From the human T2T-CHM13v2.0 reference genome, Homo sapiens, in NCBI RefSeq assembly GCF_009914755.1, contig NC_060947.1: DNA of 64,000 nucleotides, one strand, 5' to 3'. Position 1 is the stretch's first letter; each line of letters starts with the position of its first letter. The notes beneath the pieces are model-generated. The model made no database searches and was not told the DNA's origin. It worked only from the letters and a program-made list of their open reading frames with translations. Below, piece after piece: positions 33,235-46,000 of the stretch. The position numbers and the translations under genes are program-made.

Positions 33235-33484
33235 CCAGGCGTGGTGGCTCACACCTGTAGTCCCAGCTCCTCGGGAGGCTGAGGTGGGAGGATCCTTGAA
33301 CCCAGGGCTTAAAGGCTGAAGTGAGCTGTGATTGTGCCACTGCACTCCAGCCTGGGCAACAGAGCAAGACCCTGAAAAAAAAAGAAAGGAAGAAAGGAAG
33401 AAAGAAAGGAAGAAAAAGAAAAGAAAGAAAGAAAGAAAGAAAGAAGAAAGAAAGGAAGGAAAGAAAGGAAAGAAAGGAAGAAAA
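33235..33484 (+). mobile_element. Alu monomer (FRAM/AluJ right arm) with GAAA/GGAA-expanded tail
   Basis: Single Alu arm followed by ~110 bp purine tract. Confidence 0.88.
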
Positions 33485-35437
33485 TCTGCCTTCCAGGATG
33501 TGCTTACCCTCTCCACGACCAGGGCCACAGACAGGGAAGACAGGTTAGGGACAGAAGAGACTTCTTAAATGACCTTTTACTGCTTGTAAGAGTAAGTATA
33601 CACATTCCAGACACTTGGTAAAACCACGAGAAAGGGTAAAATATGAAACAAAAATTACCTCACTCTCCAACCACTGTAACTGTCAACTTTTTGTTGCATA
33701 TGTTTTATATATATATATATATTTTATATATATTATACACACTTATATATATCATATATACATACATACATATCTATGTAAATATAGTGGGATTTTTACA
33801 AAATTGGGGTTACCCTCACTATCCAGTTTGGATCTTGATGTTTTAAACTTAATATATTTTGGAAATTTCCCAACACCATTCAATAGTGGTTTAAAACATG
33901 AATTAAAAGAGCTCCATTATATGAATATGCCAAATTAATGTAACTAGTCCCATATTTCTGTACATTTAGTTTTCAAATTGTCACCCGTATGAATATCACT
34001 GTATTAAATGCCCTTGAACACAGTAATATATAATATTTAATGATCAAATGCCAGACATTTTGCTAAAAACTTTACATGGATTCAGGGTCATCGTATATGT
34101 GTCCTTAGCAAAGGTGCTAGCCAGGGTGCGAAGTGGGCGCTTAAATCAAGCCTACTCTTCACTCTACAGGCAGAGTAGCCTGGAGGAAGAGGCACAGCCT
34201 TTTTCTTTGCACAAACGCCCTGTGCATTTGCCAAGCCCCTGGACATTTGCCTGGAAAAGAAGCAATTTATCAGCAGAGTGAGGGTGACTTTTTTGTATTT
34301 CCCTAAAGCATCATATAGATTAGCAGCCCTAAAGGAATTGTCTCATTAATGCTCATTATTACACTATGATGAATGCACGATTAGCCCCATTTTGCAGATG
34401 AGAAAAGTGAGACGTGCTAGTCTGATGACTTCCTTAGAACAAGTGTCCTGAAATAGAATTGACTGGTATACACAGCCAAGTGTCCTATGGAAACATGCAC
34501 ATTTATACCCCCATCAGCAGTATAAGAGGTAGATGTTTCCTCTCCCTTGGCAACACCGTGAAGCAAAAAGCAAGTATTTGCCAGACTTATGGGTGAAAAA
34601 GTCTTGTTATTTTATTCTCTTTCCTTGCTAGTGAGACTGAAGTTTTTGTGATTTATTATTCATTTCTATTACTTCTTGTGTGATTATTCTATTCCAACCT
34701 TTTATTCACTTTCCTCTTGGGAGGTCTGTGCTGTCCTTATTAACTTGTGATACTGTTTTATCTTAAGGATATTATTCCTTGGTCTGTAATGTTGGCTGCA
34801 AGTGCTTACTGCCAATTATATCTCTCAGGTTAGGTTCATTACTGGGTATTTTATATTGTGATGTGAAGGGGAGCTTTTATTTTCCATTTTGTGTTCAAAC
34901 TAATTATTGCCAAATTATATTATCAGCAAGCTTTGGATTTTTGTGTATTTTAGTCTGTGCCCAGTCACTTTACAGAGCTCTTGCATTGATGCCAATAATT
35001 CTTCAATGGGCTCTTTTAATGGGCTCATGAAAAATTTAAAGCAAGTAAGAATAAATCAAACAAGAGATGTGCAAGAGTATTAAAGAAAGCCTAAATAAAT
35101 TAAGAAATATAACATGTTAATGGATTGGAAATCTCAACAATGTAAAGATGTTCATTCTCTTCCAAACTGATTTGCAGATTCAATGCAGATTTAATACTGC
35201 ATAAAAATGCAGATTTTTATTTCTAATAAAAATCCCAACATATTTTTTCATTGTACTTGACAAGCAGAATCATAAGTTTATATGGGAGAACAAATGTCCA
35301 CAGGAAATGCCAAGGTATTTCTGAGGGAGAATAAGGTGAGGGGCCTGACCTTACCAGGTATCAGAGCTGTTTTTTTAGATCATTGGGGTGGGAGAGGGAA
35401 TGAACTACTTGCAAACTGGCAATGAAACAACTGATTT

Positions 35438-36035
35438 TATATATATTATTAATTATATATTATATATTATATATTATAATATATATTATATTATATATTA
35501 TAATATATATTATATAATATATTATAATATATAATATATATTATATTATAATATATAATATATATTATATATTATAATATATTATATAATATATTATATT
35601 ATATATTATAATATATAATATATTATATATTATATAATAATATATAATATATTATAATATATATTATATAATATATATTATATATTATATAATATATATT
35701 ATATATTATATATTATATAATATATAATATATTATATATTATATAATATATATTATATATTATATATTATATAATATATAATATATTATATATTATATAA
35801 TATATAATATAATATATAATATACAATATATAATATAATATAATTATTATAATTATATAATTATATATTATTATATATTATATATTATATTATATATTGT
35901 ATAATATACATTATAATTACATAATAATGTAATTATATAATATACATTATATATACTATATTATATATACATTATATATACTATATTATATACATTATAT
36001 ATACTATATTATATACATTATATATACTATATTAT
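35438..36035. repeat. Near-pure AT low-complexity tract (TA, TATAATA; 21-23-mer variants at the end)
   Basis: About 600 bp almost without G or C. Confidence 0.95.
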
Positions 36036-36290
36036 ATACATTATATAATGCATGTAATGTATACATTATATAATGCATGTAATGTGTACATTATATAATG
36101 CACGTAATGTGTACATTATATAATGCACGTAATGTGTACATTTTATATAATGCACGTAATGTGTACATTTTATATAATGCACGTAATGTGTACATTTTAT
36201 ATAATGCATGTAATGTGTACATTTTATATAATGCATGTAATGTGTACATTATATCTAATGCATGTAATGTGTACATTATATCAAATGTAT
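36036..36290 (+). repeat. Minisatellite of 9 units, 25/27 bp: TACAT(TT)TATATAATGCAYGTAATGTG
   Basis: Nine GCAYGT cores counted; the repeat also produces the MYTLRALYK/NARNVYILY repeat ORFs. Confidence 0.93.
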
Positions 36291-36854
36291 ACTATATATA
36301 TAGAAAAGTAAAATTGGATCCCTAACCCTCACTATACAGAAAAATAAATTCCTTGTGAATTAAAGTATTAAATATGAGTTTTCAGGTACAGACAAAACAG
36401 AGGAAATGCATTCCTCCCACTAATTACAATGGAAAACCCTGGACAAAATATTTAATTATCTGAAGACTCTGAAAGATGGAGAAAAGAGGGTGTACTGGTT
36501 ACCTCGGGACTAAGGGAAGACCAAGCTGTGAGTTCTCTGGATGTGTTTTTGTTTTTGTTTTTGTTTTTTTGTTTTGCCTCATAGCGTAGGTACTAGAACA
36601 GCTCACAACCTAGAAACATAAAGTCCCAAGAAAATCCTATACTCTCTGGCCAATCCTCTCTAGAACGGTGAAAAGGGCAGCCCTACAGGACAAAACCCTT
36701 TAATTAATCTCTGTGCTCCAGGTAAACAACACAAAAGGAACCTGCAATACTAGCCCACCTGGTATTGCTGAGACTGGGAGGTAGAGCCCTGTCAGCACTC
36801 CCTATCCTGCGCTAGTGAGCTGGTGCCTTGCCCCCTCCTCACCTGGCCCCATCT

Positions 36855-38610
36855 TATTCAAAAATTAACTCAAAGTGAATCACAGGTCTAAATGTAAAGC
36901 ATAAAACCATAAACTGTTTAGAAGAAAACATAGGGGAAAATCTTCTTGCCCTAGGATTCTTAGACATGAAACCAAAAGCGTATCCATTAAAAATGTGATA
37001 AACTGGCCTTCCTCAAAATTAAAAAGATTTGCTCTGCAAAAGACACGCTAAAAAGAATAAAAAGACAAGCCACGGACTAGGAGAAAATATTGGCAAGTCA
37101 CATATCTGACAAAGGACTTCTATCCAGAATATATAAAGAGCTCTCGAAACTGCAGTAAGAAAGCAATCAATTCAATTGGACAAAAAGACTTAAACTGACA
37201 CTTCACCTAAGAGGAAATCATGATGGCAAATAAGCACATGAAAAGATGTTGACTAGCATTACTCATTAGGAAAACGTAAAACCACAGTAAGACATCAGTA
37301 CACACTCACTTGAATGGCTAAAACAGAAATAATGAATAAATAATAAAATACATAAAATATTGTGATAATATTAAGTGCTGAGGATTTGGAGAAACTGAAT
37401 CATTCATACATACCTGGTGGGAACGTAAAACGCTACCACCACTTTGGAAAACAATTTGGCAGTTTCTTAGGTTTGGCAGTTTCTTATAAAGTTAAATATA
37501 CAATTATCATATGACCTAGCAATCCTACTCCTGTATATGTATCCCAGAGAGATACATCTTATGTTCATTCATAGACCTGTATATAAATGTTTCTAGTAGG
37601 TTTATTTGTGATAGGCAAAAGCTGGAAACAACCAAGATGCTACTCAATGGGTGCTATAGCTTGAACGTTTGTCCCATCCAAACCTCATGTTGAAATTTCA
37701 TCCCAATGTGGGAGTATTGAAAGACAGGGCCCTTAAAATGTGACTGGGTCATGAGGGCTCTGCCCTCATAAATGAACTAATCCATTCATGGGTTAATGGG
37801 TTATCCTAGAAGTGGGACTGGTGGCTTTATAAGCAGAGGAAGGGAGATCTAAGCTAGCATACTGAGTCCCCTCACCATGTGAGACCCTGCACTGCTTTGG
37901 GATTCAACAGAGGGTTCCCACCAACAAGAAGGTCCTCAACGGATGTGGCACATCAACCTTGGACTTCTCAACTTCCATAACTTTAATACATGAATTCCTT
38001 TTTTTAAAAAAAAATAAATTACCCATTTTCTGGCATTCTGTTATAAGCAACAGAAACACAGACTAAGACAATGGGTGAATGGATAAAGAAAATATGGTCC
38101 ACCCATATAATGGAATACTACTGAGCAATAGAAAGGAACAAACTATTGATAAATGCAACAACATTGATGGATCTCAAGGGCATTATGCTGAGTGAAAAAA
38201 AGCCCAGTGTTAAAAAGGTCACATACTGTATTATCCCATTTGTATAACAACCTTGAAATGATAAAACCATAATGAACACATCAACGATTGCCAGGGGTTA
38301 GGGTTGAGGGGAGGATAGTACAATGGAGTATACTGATTGTGCTGGTGGTTAAACAAATGTATACATAGGTTAAGTTGCATAGAACTATGCACTGAAGTTA
38401 AAAAGTATGTATGTAAAAACTGGTGAAATTCGAATAAGATCTAAAGGTAATAGTATCATACCAATGTCAAGTTCCCAGTTTTGATCATTATATTATAGTT
38501 GGGTAGACATTATCATTCAGGGAAGCTTGGTGAAGAGTGTAAGAATTCGATGTACTATGTTTTTTTTCAATTTTTATGAGTCTAAAATTACTTCAAAATA
38601 AAAAAACATT
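36855..38610 (+). mobile_element. L1MC-like 3' segment containing an MST insertion
   Basis: aaaattaactcaaagtgaatc...catatctgacaaaggac...cacttcacctaagagg plus 3' UTR-like sequence. Confidence 0.75.
37652..38070 (+). mobile_element. MSTB-like MaLR solo LTR with 5-bp TSD
   Basis: TG...CA termini (tgctatagc...gactaagaca) flanked by atggg at 37647 and 38071. Confidence 0.9.
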
Positions 38611-39734
38611 AAATCACAAAAGTGAAAGGCAAAGCTATAGGTTTTTTGTTCGGCAATACAAGACCATGTCTTTGTAACTTTGAGTTAGGAAAAGATTTCT
38701 TAAACAAGATTAAAAAAAACCCCACAAAAACACAAACCATAAGGGAAAAGATTGATAATGTAAAGTATGCTGCTATTAGGAACTTCTGTTAATCAAAATA
38801 ACCCCATATGTTGTTTCCCAAAACAGCATATGGCATGGGGCATTTTTAATAAAGTTAATAAAACAAGCAAAAACTAAAAACTATATGATTCAGGCATACA
38901 TAAATATGTAATAATTTTTAAACAGTAATTAAACAGTAATTAAATTTTTTAACAGTAATTAAAGAATTTTTAAACAGTAATTAATTTTTTTAACAGTAAC
39001 TAAACACAGCAAAATTTTGGGTTGAGAAACACAAAATTTAATATAGTGATTAACAATGAGCAGCACAGTAAAATGGTTAAGGAGCAGACTGCCTGGCTTC
39101 AATCAAATTCTGGCTTTGTCACCACGTGCTTGTGTGACCTTGGCAAGTAACTTAACCTCTCTGTGCTTCTGTGACTTGTGTGTATAACATAGCTAACTCA
39201 CAGGGTTATGGTGAAGTTTAAGTGAGTTAGTAAACAGAAAGTGCATAAAACAGCACTGGGCACCTAGGGAGAGCCAGAAAAATGTTAGCTACTAGTATTA
39301 TTTTGAGGAAATGAATGGCAGAGGGATGGAATAGATGAGAAAGCTGTTAAGTGAATTTATTACTAATGCTTTAGCTCTTGGATTGGCAGTGGGTTCACAA
39401 GTATTTATTATGTTATTAAAATAAAAAAGTAAATAAGACATGAGATATTCTAGCATGGACCAGTGAGAAAAGTGAAAAATTAAGAGAGTGAAAGGACAAG
39501 CCACACAATGGAGAATATATAGGTTGCAATACATTAAAGTCTAGAATATATAGAGAAAAGTGGTAAACAAACAAGGAAAAGACAAATAACCCCACAATAA
39601 CAATAACAACAAATGGGCAAATGGCATGACCAAGCACTTTATGGAGGGGGAAGCCCAAGTAGTCCATAAACATCTAAAAGGATGCTCAAATTAAATAAAT
39701 GCAAATTAAGATCACAGCAAAATACCCACATTTT

Positions 39735-40095
39735 GCTAGTTTGCTAGGGCTTCCATAACAAAATAGCACAGACTGGGTGCCTTAAACAATGGAAATTTAT
39801 TTTGTCATAGTTCTGGAGGCCAGAAGTCCAAGATCAAGATGGCAGCAGGTTTAGTCTCTTCTGAGGCCTCTCTTTTTGAGTTGCAGATGGTCAGCACCCG
39901 GTCTGTGTGTTATCTGTGTGCAAATCTCTTTTTGTAAGGACACCGACACATTGGGTTAGAGCTGACCCGTATGATCTTATTTTACCTTAATTACCTCTTT
40001 AAAGGTTCTATCTCCAAATATAATCACATTCTGAGGTACTGGGGGTTAAAACTTCACCATGTGAATTTTGAAGGGACACGATTCAGCCCCTAACC
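39735..40095 (-). mobile_element. MLT1A-like MaLR LTR
   Basis: tagtttgctagggcttccataacaaaatagcacagactgggtgccttaaacaa...gttctggaggccagaagtccaagatcaag. Confidence 0.8.
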
Positions 40096-40183
40096 CACCA
40101 GAATGGCAATGTCTGTCTTCAGGAGAAACTTACGCACCTAGGCACCTGGAGCTATGTATATGTACAGGAACATTCATAACTGG

Positions 40184-40507
40184 GGCTGGACACAGTGGCT
40201 CACATCTGTAATCCTAGCACTTTGGGAAGCCAAGGCAAAAGGGTTGCTTGAGCCCAGGAGTTCGAGGCCAGCCTGGGCAACATAGCCAGAGCCTGTATCA
40301 ACAAAAATAAAAAATAAAATATTTAGCCAGGTACGGTGGTGTACACCTGTAGTCCCAGCTACTCAGGAAGATGAAGTGGAAGATTCACTTGAACCTGGAA
40401 GGTTGAGGCTGCAGTGAGCCGTGATTGCACCGTTGCAGTGAGCCATGATTGCACCACTGCACTCTGGCTTGGGGAACAGAGTGAGAACCTGCTTCAAGAA
40501 AAAAAAA
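40184..40507 (+). mobile_element. AluJ with an internal ~24-bp tandem duplication
   Basis: Diverged dimer; tgcagtgagccRtgattgcacc occurs at 40410 and 40434. Confidence 0.9.
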
Positions 40508-41069
40508 TATTCATAACTGCATGTTTGTTATAACAAATGTCTGCCACTGTTGAAAGTGTTAACAAATTATAGTAGATGCATACAATGTGATCCTGTCTAG
40601 CAGATACAACAAATGAAAGACAGTTATATGCAACAACATAAATTAATCTCAGGAGTATCACTTTTGGCCAAAAATAAATCAAGTCAGAATGATACATGCA
40701 ATGCAATATAAAGTTCAAAATCAAATGAAACTAAGCAATATAATGTTTAAAAATACATATGTGTGTTAAACTTAAAGAAAATCAAAGGAATATCAAACAT
40801 AAAAATAGAATAGTGATTAGTCCTGGGAGAGAGAGGAAAGGGATATATTTTTTAAAAATAAACTTGAGTGGTAATAATGTGAGTGATGTTATTCTTTTTA
40901 TCTTACACATACTTTATAAATATTTTCTATTTACTATTTTATTTAAAAATGATCATCAAAAAAACTAGATATTTGAGGAACAGTAAAAGAGAGTTTTGAG
41001 TTGAAATAATAATCACAATTCTTTACAAACAATGAAAGGATTCTACATGCTCTCCCAACCAACATTCCT

Positions 41070-41648
41070 TGCCAGACAGCTTCTAAAATACCCTCCAAAG
41101 ATCCTCACCTGCTCAGATCTGTGTCCTTATGCAATCCCCTCTCCTAGAATGTGGGCTAGACCTAGTGATTCATTTCTAATAAATGGAATATGGCAAAAGT
41201 GATGGGATGCCACTTCGAAGGTGAGGTTATAGAAAGACCACGACTTCTATCTTGCTTACCCTGTCTTGGTCTCTCAATTCCTTGCTTGCTCTGATGGAAG
41301 CCAGCTGCCATGTTGTGAGCTGCCCTACAGAGAAGCTCATGTGGTAAGGAACTGAGCCACAACTGGGCAGTGAGGACCTGAGGCCCTCACCTCACTGGCC
41401 TGGGAGGAAGTGAATCCTGCCAACAATCATGTAAGTAAGTATAGAAGTAGATTCTCCACAAGTAAGGCCTTGAGATGACTGTAGCTCCAGCCAACACATT
41501 GATTGCAGCCTTGTGAGAGACCCTGAGATAGAGGATCCACTCGAGCAATGCCTAGAATCCAGACCCACACAAACTGTGAGATAAGACACCTTTGTTGTTT
41601 TCAATCACGAAGTTTTGGGGGTAATCATTATGGAACAATAGATAACAA
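41070..41648 (+). mobile_element. MLT1F-like MaLR LTR
   Basis: ggcaaaagtgatgggatgccacttc...gaagccagctgccatgttgtgagctgccct...gatgactgtagctccagccaacac. Confidence 0.75.
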
Positions 41649-43452
41649 GCATAAAGCCCACTTCTAGAAATGTATCTGAAGGAAGTAGACATCTCTACAA
41701 AACATGTGTTTACATGTATGTTCATCACACAGGTATTTATAATGGTGAAAAACAAAAATAACCTAAATGTTCAACAATAACAGAATGGTTAAATAGATTA
41801 TGATACATTTATATAATGTCATATCCGGCAACCATTAAAAATGATACTATGTCACAGACATTAATAGATAATAAGGGACTACAAACAACACTATGCCTAC
41901 ACATTTCAAAACTTAGGTGAAATAGACTTATGCATTGAAAGACACAAACTACCAACATTCATTCAAGAAGAAATAGATAACTGGAAGTCTTACATCTTTT
42001 AAATGAATTGAACAGAATTCGAGTTAGAAATCTTCCCACAAATTAAGCTCCAGGCCCACATGGCTTCATTTGCAACTTCTATCAAACATTTAAGGAATAT
42101 GTAATGCCTACTCTACAAAAACTTCCAGAAAACAGAAGGTGAGAGGATACTTCTTAAATTATTTTGTGATGCTAGCATTACTCCAATGTCAAAACTACAC
42201 GAAGACAATATAAGAACAAAATCCCCCAAAACAAAAAACCAATATGCCTGATGAATATAGTGGAAAAATCTTTAACAAAATATTAGCAAATTTATCAAGT
42301 AATATATAAAAATAATAATATATCATGAGCAGGTGATATTTATCCTGAAAATGCAGTTGGTTCAATATTTAAAAAGCGAATCAATGTAATCCACCCTATG
42401 AGCTATGAACAGTCTAAAGAAGGAAAAACCACATGGTCACACATCCATTCATAATGAAACTCTCAGCACACTAGGAATAAAAGAGAACCTTATCTTCTTG
42501 ACTAAGGGCATCAACAACAACAAAATATGCTCCTAAGAATGTAATTTGTAATGAAAGACTAAATGCTTCCCCGTAAGATTTGGAGTAAATCAAGGACGTC
42601 CACTCACATCACTCCTAGTCAACATCATCCTGAGGGTCCTGGTCAATGCAATAAGGCAAGGAAAATATGTAGTACCTTCAGATTGGAATGGAAAAAATAA
42701 GGCTGTCTATATAAACAGACAACATGACTGTCTATGTAAAAACTCCCAAGAAATCTGCAAGAAAGCTACTAGAACAGTATACAAGGCCAATTTACAATAT
42801 ACAACAAAATCAATTGTATTTCTATATACTAGCAAAACAGCCACTGAAAATTGAAATTTTTAAAAACTATCAATTTTTAAAAAGAGGAACAAAGTTGGAG
42901 GACTGAGACTATCAAATTTCAAGACTTACTATAAAGCTACAGTAAATAAGACAATGTAGTATTTGTGAATGGACTGACATATAAATCAATCAGACATAAC
43001 AAAGTCCAGAAATAAACAAACATAGTCTACTGGTTTTTGACAAGATGCAAAAGCAATTGAACAGAGAAAGTATAGTATTTTTAACAGATGGTGCAAAGTA
43101 ATGAACTTGAACCCATATCTTACACCATTTACAAAAATTACCTCAAAATTGTTCCTAGGCTTAAATGTAAAACCTAAAACCATAACATTTCTGAAAGTAA
43201 ATATAGGAGAAAATCTTTATGATCTTGTTTAGATAGGGCACACTAAGTACAAACCATAATAGAAAAAAAATTGATAAAATGTACAACTTGGACTTCATCA
43301 AAATAAGAATTTTAATTTTCAAATTTGTGCTCTTCAAGATACACTGTTAAGAAAATAAAAAAGACAAGCCACAGAAAAGGAGACAACATTTGCAAAGCAT
43401 ATATCTGATAAAGAACTGGTAACCAAAATCCATAAAGAACTCTCTAAACTTA

Positions 43453-44260
43453 TGTGGTAGGCTGAATAAAGTCCCCAAAGTTATCCAGGTCCTAACCCCT
43501 GAAACCTGTGAATGTTACCTCATGTGCCAAAATCAGACATTGCAAATGTGATTCAATTAAGAGTCTTGGCTGGGCGCGGTGGCTCATGCCTGTAATCCCA
43601 GCACTTTGGGAGGCCCAGGTGGATGGTCAGGAGATCGAGACCATCCTGGCTAACACGGTGAAACCCTGTCTCTACTAAAAATACAAAAAGTTAGCCAGGC
43701 ATGGTGGCCGGCACCTGGAGTCCCAGCTACTCAGGAGGCTGGGCAGGAGAATGGCATGAACCCGGGAGGCAGAGGTTGCAGTGAACCGAGATCACGCCAC
43801 TGCACTCCAGCCTGGGCGACAGAGTGAGAGTCTGTCTCAAAAAAAAAAAAAGAAAGAAAGAAAGAAAGAAAAAAAGAAATTAAGAGTCTTGAGACAGGGA
43901 GATTGTCCTGGATTATCCAGGTAGGCCCTAAATGTAATCACAAGTGTCCTGACAAGAGGGAGGCAGAAGAAGATTTGACTACAGAAAAGAACGCAATGTG
44001 ACCACAGAGGCCGAGTTTGGGGGTGATGAGGACACAAGCCATGCAATACCAGCAAGCCATGGAATGCCAGCAAGCTGGAAGAGATAAGGAATGAATTCTA
44101 CGCTAGGACTTCCAAAAGGAACCAGCTCTGCTGACATCTTGACACTCCAGAAGACTCAGTTCTCACTTTTGGCTTCCAGAACTGTAAGGAGGATATATTT
44201 GCGTTATTTTAAGCTGCTAAATTTGTGGTAATTTGTTACAACAGCTCTAGCAAGCCATAT
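43453..44260 (+). mobile_element. MLT1D-like LTR interrupted by an Alu
   Basis: tgtggtaggctgaataa...gattgtcctggattatccaggtaggccctaaatgtaatcacaag...ggtaatttgttacaacagc. Confidence 0.78.
43568..43877 (+). mobile_element. AluY/Sc-type SINE with 13-bp TSD
   Basis: gagaccatcctggctaacacggtgaaac; TSD aattaagagtctt at 43555 and 43878. Confidence 0.95.
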
Positions 44261-44266
44261 AGCTCA

Positions 44267-44670
<404 letters not shown>

Positions 44671-45637
44671 GCAAAAAAGCACATGAAAAGGTGCTCCACA
44701 TCATTGGTCATTAGGGAAAAGCAAATTTAAACTACAGTGAGATACTACTACACCCTTACAAGAATGGCTAAAATTAAAACAATATGTATCACAAAGTGGA
44801 ACAACTAGAATTCTCATACTTTGCTTGTGGCAATGCAAAATGGTGCAGCCACATTGGACATCAGTTTGGCAGTTTGTTATAAAGTTCAACACACATTTCC
44901 AATACAACCTAGCAATCCCCCTGCTAGATATTTACCCAAGAAAAATAAAGGCATGGCCATAAAACAAACAAATAAAACAAACAAACAAACAACAAACAAC
45001 AACAACAGCAACAACAAAACCCTGTCTGTGATGTTTATAATGATTTTTTCATGATCACTAAAATCTGGCAACAATCCAGTGTCCCTCAACTGGTGAATAA
45101 ATAAACACATTGCAATATATCCATAAAATGGAGAGCTATTCAGCAATAAAAAGAATAAATTACTGATATGCAACAATGTAAACTAGTCCCAAAAGGCATT
45201 ATTCTAAATAAATAAGGTAGACACAAAAGTCTACACACTACATGCTTCCATTTATATGACATTCTGGAAAAATTAAAATTACTGGGACAGGAATCAGATC
45301 GTTGGTTGCCAAGGATCTGATATGGAGGTGGGAGAAGGCAATTGCCTACAAAGGGGCATGAGGAACTACTTGGAATAATCAGAAAATTCACTCCCTTGAT
45401 TATAGTGATAAATGGCTGTATACATTTGTCAAAATTCATAGAACTGTACACCTAAAAAGGATGAATTTTTCTGTAAGTAAATTTTAGCTCAATAAAGAAA
45501 AATTAAAAATTGGTACAAACACTAACTTGAAAAAAATAATGTAGATCAATGTGTATTGACATTGGAAATTGAATATGGCTAAGTGAAAAAAAAGTTTGCA
45601 ACACAGCAATTGAGGGGAAAATAATGGTATGTGTGTG

Positions 45638-46000
45638 TGCTATGGCCTGAATGTTTGTGTTCCCCTCAAATTCCTATGTTGAAATCCTAATCCTCAGTGT
45701 GATGGTATGAGGAGGTGGGGCCTTTAGGAGGTGATTTGGTCAAGAGGGCAGAGGCCTGGTGAATAGGATCAGTGCCTTTTAAAGAAGAGACATAAGACAG
45801 ACGATTTCTTTCTCCATCACTTGAGCAAACGATAAGACAGCTGTCTGTAAACTAGGAGGAGAGCCCTCACCAAGAACCTGACCATGCTGGCACCCTAATC
45901 TAAGACATGCAGCCTCCAGAGCTGTGAGAAATACATGTTTGTTGTTTAAGCCACCCAGTGTATGGTATTCTGTTCTAGCAACCAGGACTGACTAAAGCAG
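45638..46000 (+). mobile_element. MaLR LTR (MLT1A/MST-like)
   Basis: tgctatggcctgaatgtttgtgttccc...cagcctccagagctgtgagaaatacatg...ggtattctgttctagca. Confidence 0.8.

Larger units (their letters stand above)
32509..34409 (+). repeat. ~117-bp direct repeat pair (32509-32625 and 34288-34409)
   Basis: Shared tatttccctaaagcatcatatagattag...ggaattgtctcattaat...acactatgatgaa...gattagccccattttgcagatgag. Confidence 0.9.

Noticed and set aside
36091-36325. Repetitive peptides (MYTLRALYK, NARNVYILY) and an array superficially like a CRISPR locus
   Set aside because: Translation of a 27-bp minisatellite; there are no unique spacers or cas genes, and the DNA is mammalian
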